Positions 37,190 through 48,688 of a stretch of DNA of 61,248 bases are shown one piece after another. Below the pieces are notes generated by a model. It had not been told where the DNA came from. It worked only from the letters and a program-made list of their open reading frames with translations, and did not search any database. Position 1 is the stretch's first letter; each line of letters starts with the position of its first letter. The position numbers and the translations under genes are program-made. The stretch lies in assembly GCA_964639595.1 (NCBI GenBank), contig CAZXEC010000002.1, forward strand, positions 13,621 through 74,868, written 5' to 3'. The DNA comes from an uncultured Gammaproteobacteria bacterium. Its GTDB lineage: Bacteria; Patescibacteriota; Microgenomatia; CAZXEC01.

Positions 37190-40100
37190 TTAGCTCAAGG
37201 GTGCTGCCAACCAGACAGATCCATTCCAATATTCCAAATTCTTTGTTTCAGAGTTAAAACCAAACGTTCCCTTCTTGGCTTTTTTGGGTCTGCCGGCGGT
37301 GTTCCAGGAGGGGATCCTTTGATGGCTGGCCATGCCAGAGATATCTGGCCCAGTTGTAGTTGATGTAAAGAGCAAGGAATTTCTAGATATCACAGGGACT
37401 TCTTTAACCGGTGTTAACTGCGCAGCCGACCCCGATTCAATCGGGGCCGAAGGGCTTGGTGAGGCAGATACTGATGCTGAAACACTTGCTTTGGCTGATG
37501 GGGAAGGTGATGCCGAAGGTGATGCCGAAGGGCCACTTGCACCGGCCGAAGGACTGGGTGAAGCCGAAGGCGACAGTGATGGTGACAAACTTTCACTCGC
37601 CGAAGGACTGGGTGAAGCCGAAGGCGACAGTGATGGTGATGCTGAAGGGCCACTTGCACCGGCCGAAGGACTGGGTGAAGCCGAAGGCGACAGTGAAACT
37701 GATGCGCTTGGTGACACCGAAGGTGACAGTGAAATCGAGGCGGAAGGGCTTGGACTTGCGCTCGGACTCAAACTAACGGAGGCACTTGGTGACACCGACG
37801 GACTCAAACTAATAGATGCGCTCGGACTGGGTGAAGCCGAAGGAGAGGCTGATTCAGAAACTGATGGAGAAACTGATGGCGACGCGGACACCGAAACTGA
37901 TGGCGACGCGGATATAGATACCGAAGGTGATACTGACGGGGAAGCGGACACTGATATAGACGGGGAGGCTGATATTGAAACAGATGGTGACACTGAAGGA
38001 GAGGCAGAGATTGATACAGAAGGCGATGCTGATATAGAGGCTGATTCAGATACTGAAGGTGAAGCAGATATTGATGCTGATACCGAGACTGAAGGTGAAG
38101 CTGAAGGCGAAGGAGAGGCGGATGGTGAAGCAGATATTGATGCACTGGGAGAAATACTCGGAGAAGCTGACACCGAAACCGAGGGAGATGCCGAAATTGA
38201 CGCTGATTCAGACACTGAAGGAGAAGCAGAAACTGATACAGATGGTGACACTGAAGGAGAAGCAGAAACTGAAACCGATGGGGATGCCGAGATGGAGGCA
38301 GAAGGTGATACAGATGGTGAAGCTGATACCGAGACTGATGGTGAAGCACTTACCGAAGCACTAGGAGAGACGGAAGGTGAGGCTGATACCGAAACAGAAG
38401 GTGATACAGATGGTGAAGCTGACACCGAAACTGAGGGAGATGCCGAAATTGACGCTGATTCAGACACCGACGGCGATGCACTTAGCGATACCGAAGGACT
38501 TGCACTGGGAGAGACCGACGGCGATGCACTCGGAGACGGTGAGGCTGATGGTGATGCTGAAACAGAGACACTGGGAGATATCGACGGTGATGCGCTTATC
38601 GATACTGACGGTGATGCAGATACTGAAACTGAAGGTGATACTGATGGAGAGGCCGATTCAGAGACAGACGGAGAAGCGGAAACAGAAGCAGAGGGTGACA
38701 CCGAAGGAGAGGCTGATTCAGAAACTGATGGTGAAACCGAAGGAGAGGCCGATTCAGAGACGGAAGGCGATGCGGAGACAGAAGCTGACGGTGAGATAGA
38801 AGGTGACGCTGATATAGATACAGAAGGAGAAGCAGATATAGATGCCGAAGGTGAGATAGATGGCGATGCGGAGACTGAAGCCGAAGGCGATACCGAAGGC
38901 GAGGCGGAGACGGAAACTGATGGTGAGGCGGATATCGAGGCTGATTCCGAGACCGAAGGACTCGCGCTTATCGATACACTGGGAGAAACACTCGGAGACG
39001 CGCTTACGGAAACCGAGGGAGAAGCAGAAACTGATACGCTTGGTGAGACCGAAGGTGAAGCAGAAATCGAAACCGAGGGAGAGACCGACGGCGAAGCGGA
39101 GACGGAAACTGACGGAGAAGCCGAGACTGAAACTGAAGGTGAAGCAGAAATCGAAACCGAGGGTGAGGCTGATATCGAGGCAGACTCTGATACGGACGGA
39201 GAAGCCGAGATTGAAACTGAAGGTGAGACGCTTGGTGATGCACTTACACTAACCGAAGGTGAGGCGGATATCGAGGCCGATTCAGATATTGAAGGACTCG
39301 CGCTTATCGATACACTGGGAGAAACACTCGGAGACGCGCTTACGGAAACCGAAGGTGATGCGGAGACAGAGACTGATGGCGAAACCGAGGGAGAGGCGGA
39401 GATGGAAACTGAAGGGGATACCGACGGTGATGCAGAGACGGAAACCGAAGGTGAGGCGGATATCGAGGCCGATTCAGAGACAGACGGCGAAGCAGACACG
39501 GAAGCGGACGGTGATATAGATGGTGATGCTGATACCGAAACCGATGGTGAGGCTGATATAGAAGCTGAAGGAGAAACGGATGGAGAAGCCGAGACAGAAA
39601 CTGACGGTGATACTGAAGGAGAGGCTGACACAGAAACAGATGGTGAGACAGAAGGAGAAGCCGAGACAGAAACTGACGGTGATATAGACGGAGAAGCGGA
39701 TATTGATACAGACGGAGATGCTGATATTGAGGCAGATGGTGAAACCGAGGGAGAGGCTGACACAGAAACAGATGGTGAGACAGAAGGAGAGGCAGAGGCA
39801 GAGGCCACAGCAAGACCCTGCACGACCCACTTGCAAGACCCGGTTTCGGCAGCCGAGATAGTGCCCGTCACCTGCAGAGTGACTGTGGCGCCAGTTGTGA
39901 CCAGGCGATGCCCGAGATCGCCAGACATATCATTCCCAGTTGTGGAGTTGAAATGTGTCGCCGGGCTCTCAACATAGTTGCCATTCCAGGTAATAGTGGC
40001 CTCTGAATCGCTGATAGCCGTAGTGGGACGAGTCATTGTGGTCGAGTCGTCTCTGATGCCGACGAGGGCCATAACCACACTATTACTTGGGACAACAGTT

Positions 40101-40516
40101 GTAGTGTCATCCGAGGTTGTCGTTGAAGAGGTGCCCCATGACAATCCCACCGTGGCATCTACCGGCGTTCCCCAGGTATCTCCACCCGCCTTCGTCCAGA
40201 GCATGACAACGGCATGGCCTTCCGTCGGCGCGGCAGACCAGTCAACGGACGGGTCGCTGTCGCCCGACTGCCAGTCGCGATACCACGCCATGACCTTGAC
40301 GGAACCGGTGCCATTGCCAGCGGCCGTCGTACCATCGGCGAATTCCGTGCCGATGGGCGTCCAGCCGCTCGGGTTTGCAACCGTAATCGAGTATGTCTTC
40401 CATGACACAAACAGGAACATGCGGTCGCCGGCTGCCGGAGTGCCGGGGATGGTAACGCTGCTGGGGTCAGTGACTATGCGAGCCCAAGTTCCTGCTGTTT
40501 TTAATGAAATTGCCAT
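37190..40516 (-). CDS. Serine/proline-rich repeat surface-protein-like polypeptide (1108 aa)
   Basis: ~235-aa beta-rich N-terminal domain; ~800 aa of SPSVS(V/I/P/E)SA repeats; short W-rich C-terminal domain; AAGGAGG RBS. Confidence 0.9.
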   Translation of the reverse strand: MAISLKTAGTWARIVTDPSSVTIPGTPAAGDRMFLFVSWKTYSITVANPSGWTPIGTEFADGTTAAGNGTGSVKVMAWYRDWQSGDSDPSVDWSAAPTEGHAVVMLWTKAGGDTWGTPVDATVGLSWGTSSTTTSDDTTTVVPSNSVVMALVGIRDDSTTMTRPTTAISDSEATITWNGNYVESPATHFNSTTGNDMSGDLGHRLVTTGATVTLQVTGTISAAETGSCKWVVQGLAVASASASPSVSPSVSVSASPSVSPSASISASPSVSISASPSISPSVSVSASPSVSPSVSVSASPSVSPSVSVSASPSVSPSASISASPSVSVSASPSISPSASVSASPSVSESASISASPSVSVSASPSVSPSVSISASPSVSPSVSVSASPSVSVSASPSVSPSVSISASPSISESASISASPSVSVSASPSVSPSVSISASPSVSESASISASPSVSISASPSVSVSASPSVSVSASPSVSPSVSISASPSVSPSVSVSASPSVSVSASPSVSPSVSISASPSVSESASISASPSVSVSASPSVSPSASVSASPSISPSASISASPSVSISASPSISPSASVSASPSVSESASPSVSPSVSESASPSVSPSASVSASPSVSESASPSVSPSVSVSASPSVSISASPSISPSVSVSASPSASPSPSASPSVSPSASPSVSLSASPSVSESASISASPSVSVSASPSVSPSVSVSASPSVSPSASVSASPSVSVSASPSVSPSASISASPSVSVSASPSVSPSVSVSASPSVSESASISASPSVSVSASPSISPSASISASPSASPSPSASPSVSVSASISASPSVSESASISASPSVSISASPSVSPSVSISASPSISVSASPSVSPSVSISASPSVSVSASPSVSPSVSESASPSASPSPSASISLSPSVSPSASVSLSPSASPSPSASISLSPSVSPSASVSLSPSASPSPSAGASGPSASPSLSPSASPSPSASESLSPSLSPSASPSPSAGASGPSASPSASPSPSAKASVSASVSASPSPSAPIESGSAAQLTPVKEVPVISRNSLLFTSTTTGPDISGMASHQRIPSWNTAGRPKKAKKGTFGFNSETKNLEYWNGSVWLAAPLS
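37430..37446. mobile_element. 17-bp palindrome, family A, in CDS
   Basis: ccga|CCCCGATTCAATCGGGG|ccga; peptide SA-PIESG-SA. Confidence 0.9.
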
Positions 40517-40862
40517 ATTAGGCTGCCCCCTCCTTCCTGAGATGAGAATCCGTGGTGTGAGATTTGGAAAATCCTACTGCCAAGTTTAAATCGGTAGAGT
40601 GGGCAAGAACGCCCTTAACCTTCTTCAAAGAGTCAGTTGAATAGTCTATGGAAAAATCTATATCAGCGACAGAAGCGTTGTCGCTCTTTTTGGCTACACA
40701 GCAGTATCTTTTTGTGGGCATTGTATTGCAGCACATACTAGCCGTAATGAATTATGGACACATAGTTATCTTACCTTAACTGAAAATCTTGCTCAAATCA
40801 ACTTTGGTTTGTTGGATTGGCCGCCCGATAATGGTGGTTAAAAAAGAGAGCGTCAAGAAGGT

Positions 40863-41597
40863 TTAATTAAATTTCTCTACCCAGACTTTTGTTTTTCCCC
40901 ATCCCGGGATTTCGTCATCTGATTCAACCCATCCTTTAGTGTCCTCTTGGTTTCTAAATTCTTCTTTTTTCCATCTGTTAGGCGAGAAATTGCTATCGTA
41001 TCGTATCTCTATGTTTGGAAAATCGGATTTCCACCCAACGGATACCGAATCGTCGACTCTTTCGCGTCTGTGATGAGTTCCAGGCTCATAACCCATCCCG
41101 CTGCTAAATCCGTTTTTTTCTACCATCGCAACTCTCTTTTGGTAATGTTTAATTGCAGTTTTTCGCCAGACCGCTATTCCGCTTACCTGTCTGCAGTCAT
41201 AGTGAAGTGCGTGTCCCGACCTGGCATCCAACTTCCAAACATTTTCGTTATAGTACCAGACTTTCTTTTTAGGAGGGGTAAAATCGAAATGTGAGGGGTG
41301 ATAAAGAACATTTGCCTCGCAGAAGTAAACAATATCGGCGTCACTATTCTCAAGCGCTGCTAAAATTCGCTTGAACGTCGAGAGTGCTCCTTCTTTGATT
41401 GGCACTTGGACATTTTTGCCAAAATCCATGGGTTTATATGAGGCGCTCACTATTGGAAGACCAATTTTTGCCAGCTGTCTTTGTACTCTAACACCGATTT
41501 TGAGTTTTAATTGGTTGTCTGTATAGTAAACAATGCCTTTCATAAGTCTCGCCTTGGTAGATTTTTCCTTGACTGGTTCGCTTTTTGCGGTTCTCAT
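40863..41597 (-). CDS. GT-A fold glycosyltransferase-like protein
   Basis: Paralogous to the C-half of 41820-43607 (YTDNQLKLKI, KPMDFGKN, LYHPSHFDF). Confidence 0.75.
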   Translation of the reverse strand: MRTAKSEPVKEKSTKARLMKGIVYYTDNQLKLKIGVRVQRQLAKIGLPIVSASYKPMDFGKNVQVPIKEGALSTFKRILAALENSDADIVYFCEANVLYHPSHFDFTPPKKKVWYYNENVWKLDARSGHALHYDCRQVSGIAVWRKTAIKHYQKRVAMVEKNGFSSGMGYEPGTHHRRERVDDSVSVGWKSDFPNIEIRYDSNFSPNRWKKEEFRNQEDTKGWVESDDEIPGWGKTKVWVEKFN

Positions 41598-41624
41598 ACT
41601 TGCTATTCTATCATAAAATTCAAA

Positions 41625-41815
41625 TTTGTCCCCCTTCGCGGAAAACCGCGAGCGTAAGCTTGCGAATGAACGCTAAGAATTTTCCGCTTCGGAGGGATTT
41701 CTCTCCCGACGAAGCGTGGGGAGAAGATACCCCGACCGTGAGGTCGGAGGAGATTCATCTATTGCCTAGTTCCCAAGAGGCCACACCGCTTGCAAGGTCT
41801 CTCCTCTAAAGAGCT
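41625..41815. mobile_element. Structured IS200/IS605-like remnant
   Basis: TTTTCCGCTT shared with 59523; hairpin CCCCGACC-GTGA-GGTCGGAG followed by GAGATTCA. Confidence 0.4.
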
Positions 41816-41819
41816 TCCC

Positions 41820-43607
41820 TTACAGCCCCCCAATTAAGTTTTTTGTTTTTCCCCAATCGGGAATTTCGTCATCTGTTTCAATCCAGTTTATTAGGAGGTT
41901 TTGATTTCTAAATTGATCCTTTCGCCATCTTTGACCGGTAGAATTTTTTTCGTGGCGGATATCTATATTCGGATGTTCAGACTTCCATGTTCCCAGCTTA
42001 AATATATTTTTCCATTTGATTCTCCCATGAGTCATTGGCTCAAAGCCCATTTTTGTGCTATAGCCATCCTTTTCAACCAATTCGCACCTTTCTCTAAAAT
42101 GTGTAAGTAGGGCGTCGCGGCACCCGCAAAGTCCTGACAGCTGATTAACATCATAATGGAGGGCGTGGCCGTCAGTTGATCTCAAAAACCAGACATTTTG
42201 GTTGTAATAGAAAGTATTTTTATCAGGCGGCACAAAGTCAAAGTGTGATGGGTGATATAAAACATCATGTTCACAGAAGAAGATAATGTCAGCATCGCTT
42301 GCCTCAAGCCCGGCCAGTATTTGTTTAAACATGGTCAAATAACCTCTTTTTAGGGGCAGGTAAATATTTTTACCAAAATCCATGGGTTTGAGTGAAACTG
42401 AAACAACTGGAACATTTTTTCTCTTACTTGTTTTTCTAAGCTGATTTTGAACTTTGTGGGCAATTTTTAACTTGAGTTGGTTGTCGGTATAAAAGAGAAT
42501 TCCTTTTGTCCCGATTAAATCGGGATTTGTCGGCCCGTTCCCGGGGGGTTGAACAGATGTGCCGCTTTGGTAAATGATACCACTTTTCGGCAGTTCACCC
42601 GCCGCGGCGGGTTCATCCTCCAAAGGTTCACTTTCCGCGGGTTTGGTATCTGAACTCCAGTCTCTAAACTTAAATTTGTTTGCTTTCAGCCTCATTAAGT
42701 CTTCTTGACTCCAGCCCTTAACCGGCCAAAATTTCTCTACCAGCCAGCCGAGGGGGTGGATTTGTTTATCCCATTTGTTATTAAAAAAAAGATCTCGGGC
42801 AAAGTCTTTGGCTTTTTTCTGATCACTGACGGAGATGGGGTAGGGGAAACCAAAATCTCCACCCTGGGTTCTAAACATATGGGCATACCAGGTTTTTTTA
42901 TTTACCATTACGCGGCCTCCTGATAGCCAAGTTTTTACAGCAACTTCAATTCCTTGAGAACCCCAACTGCCAAAGTTCTCGTCACAGACCCCGAGCTCCC
43001 AGTATTTCTGCCTAGTCATCATCCAACATGAGCCCTGGAGAGACATGGTTTCGGTGACGTCTCCCTTACCCTCGGGGCGCTTGGCGTATTCACCGAAATA
43101 TTGGAAGTGGGGAGTTGAATCAAAACAGTATGAAACACTGTTGGGACTTGATTTGGCATGCCATAAAATGTCTCTTACTGTTTCTTTTCCACACTCCTGG
43201 CATGGCCCGCTTGGTCCCTGATACCTCCTGTGTCCATCCGGACAAACCCAATCGAATGCATGCAGATTTTTCATTAGGGGGGCCATTGTCCAATCATCAT
43301 GCATCTCTTTCATCATTTTTATATCAAACCCTTTATCAAATGCACAATGTGCATCACATTTCATAATATATTTGGCATTGGAAATCTTTGCCGCTTCATT
43401 GGTTGCTGCCCGCTGCCCGATACTTTCGTTATGGTAGACAACAGTTACCCGTTCATGTTGAGGAATTGAAGGTTCTGCCCAAGCCCCATCTAAAACGGTA
43501 ATTACCTCTGTGTTTCCCTCGATGTTTTTCAAAATATCATCAACCGTCTGTTTCAAAAACATTTCATTGCGAGCCGGAATGAGTATACTCAAATCATATG
43601 TAGTCAT
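41820..43607 (-). CDS. Two-domain glycosyltransferase (GT2-like plus a second GT-A-like domain)
   Basis: SILIPARNE, KCDAHC, WGSQGIE; second domain CEHDVLY. Confidence 0.88.
   Translation of the reverse strand: MTTYDLSILIPARNEMFLKQTVDDILKNIEGNTEVITVLDGAWAEPSIPQHERVTVVYHNESIGQRAATNEAAKISNAKYIMKCDAHCAFDKGFDIKMMKEMHDDWTMAPLMKNLHAFDWVCPDGHRRYQGPSGPCQECGKETVRDILWHAKSSPNSVSYCFDSTPHFQYFGEYAKRPEGKGDVTETMSLQGSCWMMTRQKYWELGVCDENFGSWGSQGIEVAVKTWLSGGRVMVNKKTWYAHMFRTQGGDFGFPYPISVSDQKKAKDFARDLFFNNKWDKQIHPLGWLVEKFWPVKGWSQEDLMRLKANKFKFRDWSSDTKPAESEPLEDEPAAAGELPKSGIIYQSGTSVQPPGNGPTNPDLIGTKGILFYTDNQLKLKIAHKVQNQLRKTSKRKNVPVVSVSLKPMDFGKNIYLPLKRGYLTMFKQILAGLEASDADIIFFCEHDVLYHPSHFDFVPPDKNTFYYNQNVWFLRSTDGHALHYDVNQLSGLCGCRDALLTHFRERCELVEKDGYSTKMGFEPMTHGRIKWKNIFKLGTWKSEHPNIDIRHEKNSTGQRWRKDQFRNQNLLINWIETDDEIPDWGKTKNLIGGL
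42509..42525. mobile_element. 17-bp palindrome, family A, in CDS
   Basis: tttg|TCCCGATTAAATCGGGA|tttg; peptide T-NPDLIG-T. Confidence 0.9.
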
Positions 43608-44509
43608 AGCATTGTTTTTATACCTTCTTCAAAACTAACTTTGGGTTTCCAACCCAGAAGTTTTTTGGCTTTAGCATTTGATGCCAATGTAGTTCTTGGC
43701 TCAACAACTGCTGGGCCGTGAATTGGTTTAATGTTTTTCCCCAAGAGCTTATTAAGTGACCTGACAACTTTATTTACGGATATATTTTCCCCATACCCGA
43801 TGTTAAATATTTCCCCTGAAAGGCGTGACTCGGCGGCTAATAAGTTGGCTTCAACGATATCTGAAACAAAAGTAAAGTCACGGGATTGTTTACCGTCCCC
43901 ATTAATGACTGGGGTTTTATCTTGGGAGATTAGTTTAATAAATTTGGGAAGCAGCAAGGCATAGGGGCTGTTGGGATTCATTCCCGGTCCATAGACACTG
44001 AAATATCTTAAGATAATTGTTTCCAATCCCCAAAGTTTAGAGAACATCTGGCAATACCCTTCAGCTGTAACTTTTTGTAGGGAATAGGGGACCAAGGGAT
44101 CAGGTTTCATGCTCTCGCAAAAGGGAGTTTTATTTTTATTGCCATAGACAGATGAGCTTGAAGAGAAAATAAACTTTTTGATTTTATGTTTTTTTGCAGC
44201 GAGGAGAAGATTTAGAGTACCATCAACATTCACTCTATGCGTTTGCCAGGGATCATCGAGTGATCTTTTGAGGCGGGGGAGAGCAGCCAAGTGAAATATT
44301 ATATCCTTTCCTTTTACGAGATTGCCTACGTCGTCGAGAATTGAACCCTCGTGTTTTATCAGATTCGGATGTTTCGGCAAATTTTCCCACCTGCCTTCGG
44401 AAAGGTCATCGATAACAGTCACCCGGCTTCCTTCTTTGAGAAGTCTCTCGGTAAGGTGAGAACCAATAAACCCCGCACCACCTGTTACAACCACGTTTTT
44501 TATTTTCAT
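43604..44509 (-). CDS. NAD-dependent epimerase/dehydratase
   Basis: VTGGAGFIGSHL, SSSSVYG, YSLQK, LRYFSVYGP, RDFTFV. Confidence 0.94.
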   Translation of the reverse strand: MKIKNVVVTGGAGFIGSHLTERLLKEGSRVTVIDDLSEGRWENLPKHPNLIKHEGSILDDVGNLVKGKDIIFHLAALPRLKRSLDDPWQTHRVNVDGTLNLLLAAKKHKIKKFIFSSSSSVYGNKNKTPFCESMKPDPLVPYSLQKVTAEGYCQMFSKLWGLETIILRYFSVYGPGMNPNSPYALLLPKFIKLISQDKTPVINGDGKQSRDFTFVSDIVEANLLAAESRLSGEIFNIGYGENISVNKVVRSLNKLLGKNIKPIHGPAVVEPRTTLASNAKAKKLLGWKPKVSFEEGIKTML

Positions 44510-44510
44510 A

Positions 44511-45056
44511 TCATTGTATTTTTCTGCAAATCCTCGTGCCGCGTCCCGAATAACGAAATTCATCGAAGGTGTAAATTTCCTCCGATGGATACTTAAAGTG
44601 TTCCATTCCGAACCCCAGATAGTTGTCTATAACCAGCCAACCGTTTAATTTGATTTTGGGTACGGCTTCATTTGCCAACAACAGTCTACGCGCGTGTTTA
44701 GGGTAGGAATCAACCAAAACTACATCATAATAGTTATCGGGTTCTTTTTTTATTGCATCCAGAATTCCTGTTTCATTGGCAAGATTAATTTCTACATTTT
44801 TGTATCCTTTTGTTCTTCTTACAACCTTCTCAAACCACTTAGGGTCCGTTTCAAAAGATTTAACATTTTTACATCTTTCTGCCCAAAAAACGGTGGACCC
44901 GCCGCTGCCAAACTCCAGTACTTTATAATCTTTGTTGACAATACTTTCAAGGGCGATGATTGATCCAAAGGAAAGCCAGGGATAGCCTACTTCAAGCGCT
45001 CCCTTTCCTTTGACAAAGGCTTCGCGACTTGGAATAGTAGTAACTATAGTTTTCAT
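44511..45056 (-). CDS. SAM-dependent methyltransferase-like protein
   Basis: VLEFGSGGST, YDVVLVD, GWLVIDN. Confidence 0.8.
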   Translation of the reverse strand: MKTIVTTIPSREAFVKGKGALEVGYPWLSFGSIIALESIVNKDYKVLEFGSGGSTVFWAERCKNVKSFETDPKWFEKVVRRTKGYKNVEINLANETGILDAIKKEPDNYYDVVLVDSYPKHARRLLLANEAVPKIKLNGWLVIDNYLGFGMEHFKYPSEEIYTFDEFRYSGRGTRICRKIQ

Positions 45057-45727
45057 GCCTTGTGCAAAATTGAAACTACCATATCGTCAGTTTCATAATC
45101 TAATTCCTTTTTCTTAACAGTGTTAAATCCTTGAAAGTGGTCAGAAAGTAAAAATCTTTCATTTTGATTCCATATAACACAATCTTTGCCCCCACTCTTA
45201 TCAATGTTCCACATATGCAAGCCCGAATATTTCTCGTTTTCTCCTACATTAACAAAATGACGAAGGTAAATATAGCCTCCGGGTTTTACTATCCGGTACA
45301 TCTCGCAAATTGCTTTTAGTGGATTGGTTGTATGGTCCAGAGCATTACAGCAGTGTACTATGTCGAAAAAGTTGTCTGGATAGGTTAAGTTTTCCATATC
45401 TTGTTTCTCAACTGGTATCAGCGGTGTAACGTTATTATCTTCTAGTATTTTATTGAATTTATCGGCTAAGGCGTCTGACGGATAAACTTTGACTTTGGCC
45501 GTCTTCCACAAGGAGCCTATTGTGCAAAACATACCCGAACCTATTTCGGCTATTGTGACTTCTTTTTTGTCACCTATCATCTGGCCAAAATAATCGGGCA
45601 AAGTTAGTTCACGGTTAAATTGCTTCGCTTTCCACGGTAATTTTGCCCTATAAAAACGAAGAGTGTTGTTCGTACCTTGTGCCCATTTAGCCTTTAGTAA
45701 ATCGTTCAGGTTTGTATCCATAACCAA
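45053..45727 (-). CDS. Class I SAM-dependent methyltransferase
   Basis: IAEIGSG, FFDIVHCCNALDH, RIVKPGG. Confidence 0.85.
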   Translation of the reverse strand: MVMDTNLNDLLKAKWAQGTNNTLRFYRAKLPWKAKQFNRELTLPDYFGQMIGDKKEVTIAEIGSGMFCTIGSLWKTAKVKVYPSDALADKFNKILEDNNVTPLIPVEKQDMENLTYPDNFFDIVHCCNALDHTTNPLKAICEMYRIVKPGGYIYLRHFVNVGENEKYSGLHMWNIDKSGGKDCVIWNQNERFLLSDHFQGFNTVKKKELDYETDDMVVSILHKA

Positions 45728-46290
45728 AAAGTATACTTGTCTATAGGCTCTATTTTCAATAATCTAAACCCTATCTTTTTATATACCATCCCGATTGCTT
45801 CTTGACTATATTCAACACCACTCCACCAGCGATTCATGTCTTTTTGTTTGTCCGACCGTAGTAGGACCTTGAATATCCCTTTTTGTTTAAGAACCCTGCA
45901 GATCTCTTTATAGGAAAAAACCAAATCGACAGATGCATCTAGCAGTTGAACTCTTTTTCCGTCGGTTTCCAGGAATTCAACATTTTCCAATTCTTTAAGT
46001 CTTTGCCTTCCTGCAGCAATCATTGCCGCAGATATATCCACCCCGATTACTTTTTTAAAATCGCGAGCCATAAATTCGGTAAGTCTGCCTATCCCGCAGC
46101 CATAATCCAAAATAGTTTGTTTACCCCATATTAGCTTGTCGTTCGCAATATGCCGCTTATAGGTACTTTCGCTGCTTTCTCTGAACTCTTGTTCCGTAAT
46201 TCCACGTCCCTTATCTGAGTTTATGTAGTATCTGGGGTTCTCTTTAGCCAGCTTCTCCCAAAGTGTTTTTTGGTTAATCATACTTTTCAT
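45706..46290 (-). CDS. Class I SAM-dependent methyltransferase
   Basis: ILDYGCGIGRL, VIGVDIS, RVLKQKG. Confidence 0.87.
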   Translation of the reverse strand: MKSMINQKTLWEKLAKENPRYYINSDKGRGITEQEFRESSESTYKRHIANDKLIWGKQTILDYGCGIGRLTEFMARDFKKVIGVDISAAMIAAGRQRLKELENVEFLETDGKRVQLLDASVDLVFSYKEICRVLKQKGIFKVLLRSDKQKDMNRWWSGVEYSQEAIGMVYKKIGFRLLKIEPIDKYTFWLWIQT

Positions 46291-46805
46291 TCGAACTCCT
46301 TTAAATCATGGAAATTACTAACAACACTAGTGTTCGGATTTAATTTAGTATAATCATAGCGATACTTGAATAAACCCCATATTTTTTCGTAGCCGTATTG
46401 CTTTACCCACGAAAGATTGCTATCATGGATAACAATATATTCTGCCCAATTTGCTAATCTTTTAATCTCAATCCATCTTCTTTCATCCGGGGAGTGATCG
46501 ACGAGTGCCATTCCCCAATGTCTTTCAATTTTTGCTTCACTCCAATCACCACTAATCTTAATTAGCTTATGAAACGGAACCGGTTTTTCGACTGCTTTTT
46601 GATGCCAATAATTGCTTGATTCATAAGAATAAAGAGTTCTTCTTGCCATCTGACAAAGCCACCTTAAAAGTGTAGTAGAAAAATAACCTGTTCCTAATTC
46701 AAGCACATCTCCGCGAGATGCTTCAAAAGTTTTAACTAGCATTGGTATATGGGTTGCCTGTTTTACTCTGTTATCTACTAATTGACTCATGTTTTTATCC
46801 ACCAA
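46287..46805 (-). CDS. Methyltransferase-like protein
   Basis: VLELGTGYFST, ALVDH, VIHDS. Confidence 0.72.
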   Translation of the reverse strand: MVDKNMSQLVDNRVKQATHIPMLVKTFEASRGDVLELGTGYFSTTLLRWLCQMARRTLYSYESSNYWHQKAVEKPVPFHKLIKISGDWSEAKIERHWGMALVDHSPDERRWIEIKRLANWAEYIVIHDSNLSWVKQYGYEKIWGLFKYRYDYTKLNPNTSVVSNFHDLKEFE

Positions 46806-47338
46806 TATGTTGGCTGTTCCCGACTCCCCCTATCCATAACCTTATCCGAATACGGATCTGTTAGATTAAACTTAATTTCGTGGGCTTTGGTGTAGGCATC
46901 AACGGCTTCAATTACCCCTGCTTTTCTGAAATGATAATAATCGTCTCCGGAAACAATGCCCCCGGCTCTGACTCTTTTGGACCACTCGATCAAATCCTGC
47001 ATTACATAATCAAAAGAGTGATTTGCATCAATATATACAAAGTCCAATGAATCGTTTTTAAATCTTTTAACTGCATCCATGCTCATTTCCCGGATGATGG
47101 TTGCATTGTATTTGGCCAATCTTTTGGAAGCAACCTCGACATGGTGAACATTCCGTTCCACGCTTCCTGACCAGATATTTCCTCTATACGGCTTCCAAAT
47201 ATCAATGCAATAAAGTTTTAAGTTTGGAATTGCCCGAAACAGTGCTTCTGAAAAATAACCTTCTGCAACCCCAATTTCGGCACCTTTGGTAAATCCCAAC
47301 TCCCCAAAATATTTAATTAAATCATATTTACTTTTCAT
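46787..47338 (-). CDS. Methyltransf_24-like methyltransferase
   Basis: GAEIGVAEG, LDFVYIDANH, VRAGGIVSGDDY. Confidence 0.87.
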   Translation of the reverse strand: MKSKYDLIKYFGELGFTKGAEIGVAEGYFSEALFRAIPNLKLYCIDIWKPYRGNIWSGSVERNVHHVEVASKRLAKYNATIIREMSMDAVKRFKNDSLDFVYIDANHSFDYVMQDLIEWSKRVRAGGIVSGDDYYHFRKAGVIEAVDAYTKAHEIKFNLTDPYSDKVMDRGSREQPTYWWIKT

Positions 47339-48080
47339 ACAACTTTAAAATATCTTCCGCCCTGCCCCAATAGGGAATTTCAATTGCTCTGATATCCCCG
47401 AGTCTCTTGCGGGTTCCGCGGCTTAAGTATCCAAAAGCCTCGGGGTGGCTAAATACAATGTTTGTTTCGGTGGTGTAAAACTCCTCAGTTTCCCGGACCG
47501 TTACGCCCAGGTGATTTTCATACCTTCCCGGGTCTCCCCAGTAGTGAATCGGAACTTTTTCGTCTGGCACTCCTTTAAATTTATTAAATCGTTCCTCTAG
47601 GGCCTCTACCAGCATATCCCTTTTGGCTATCAGGCTATTTACCACCTTTCTTTTGTTCCTAAACGAGAATATGGGAGGCTTTATCCAGCTAAATATCGAC
47701 CATTTAGCCATATTGTAGGCAAACCTGTCTTTTTCGGGAAGAAAGTAATGAAAATGCTCGTGGGAATATAAAATGTCATCCTCGGCCATGGCTACATACT
47801 TGGTTTTGGCGGCTTTGGCTCCTATTAGGATCTGCCTGTAGACATTTAAATGGGATCTGCCGATTTCTCCCACGCAAATGTTGGTGCCAAAGACTATTGG
47901 CTTTTGCGAAACGCTAATAAGTGGCAAGTCTCCGATGGCCGTTAGAAGCTGTTTTTTGGTATTCTCCAAAAAGTAGGGATTATGTGTATCAAGATAGTTA
48001 GCTGTATAGTAGACAACTGTTAAGTCATTTTTGGTTATTTTGGCCATAATTCCTCCTCCAGTTTGCTGGCCGCGCCCCAA
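47328..48080 (-). CDS. GT-A-like glycosyltransferase
   Basis: VVYYTAN, LISVSQKP, AEDDILY. Confidence 0.72.
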   Translation of the reverse strand: MGRGQQTGGGIMAKITKNDLTVVYYTANYLDTHNPYFLENTKKQLLTAIGDLPLISVSQKPIVFGTNICVGEIGRSHLNVYRQILIGAKAAKTKYVAMAEDDILYSHEHFHYFLPEKDRFAYNMAKWSIFSWIKPPIFSFRNKRKVVNSLIAKRDMLVEALEERFNKFKGVPDEKVPIHYWGDPGRYENHLGVTVRETEEFYTTETNIVFSHPEAFGYLSRGTRKRLGDIRAIEIPYWGRAEDILKLYEK

Positions 48081-48688
48081 TATGGCAATTCTTCCGTTTC
48101 CCCGCCTTCTGTTCCGGTAAACCAGCGCATTCCGTTCCTGGTTTTTATATTAATAACCGCTAGATCATTCTTAAAAGGTGTCCAACCCTGGTATTTATGG
48201 AAAAGCGGGTGAGGCTTACGGGTGCTCCATTGGGGAAGTTTTCCGAGAACTCTATACAAACGTGATAATAAATATTCTCGGTTTGAGAATAGAGCACATA
48301 AAGAAAAGGCCTTCTTTCTGAAAATGTTCGATCCCTCGTATAATACCCATACATTCGTGTAGTGATAAGCCGCATTCTCATCTGGAGGATTATAATCGAA
48401 ATACCCCGTTGGGGGATATAAGCAGTCAGCTTCTGCGGTACAAACAAATTTTGTCGTTGCCTTTAGGCATCCGGTTTGAAGCTGGCGGTATATATTATGG
48501 TCTGATATACCCACGTCCCCGACGCAGATATTTGTACCAAAATCGATTGGTTTTTGGGAAACAGAAATAAGGGGAGTATCCCCAATAGTTTTAAGGAGTT
48601 TGTCTTTGATCTTATTCTCAAAGTCTCCTTCTTCTCTATTTGAGGTGTAGTATATTACGGTAATGTCTTTTGCCTTTATGGTGCCCAT
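48035..48688 (-). CDS. GT-A-like glycosyltransferase
   Basis: VIYYTSN, LISVSQKP, AEADCLY. Confidence 0.7.
   Translation of the reverse strand: MGTIKAKDITVIYYTSNREEGDFENKIKDKLLKTIGDTPLISVSQKPIDFGTNICVGDVGISDHNIYRQLQTGCLKATTKFVCTAEADCLYPPTGYFDYNPPDENAAYHYTNVWVLYEGSNIFRKKAFSLCALFSNREYLLSRLYRVLGKLPQWSTRKPHPLFHKYQGWTPFKNDLAVINIKTRNGMRWFTGTEGGETEELPYWGAASKLEEELWPK

Noticed and set aside
37332-39977. 881-aa acidic ORF on the plus strand
   Set aside because: Antisense shadow of the Ser/Pro repeat gene. Ser, Pro, Val and Ala codons give few stops on the opposite strand, and the minus-strand gene has an RBS and unique terminal domains.
40518-40736. 72-aa ORF upstream of the repeat protein
   Set aside because: No motif or clear RBS; cannot be supported from the sequence alone.
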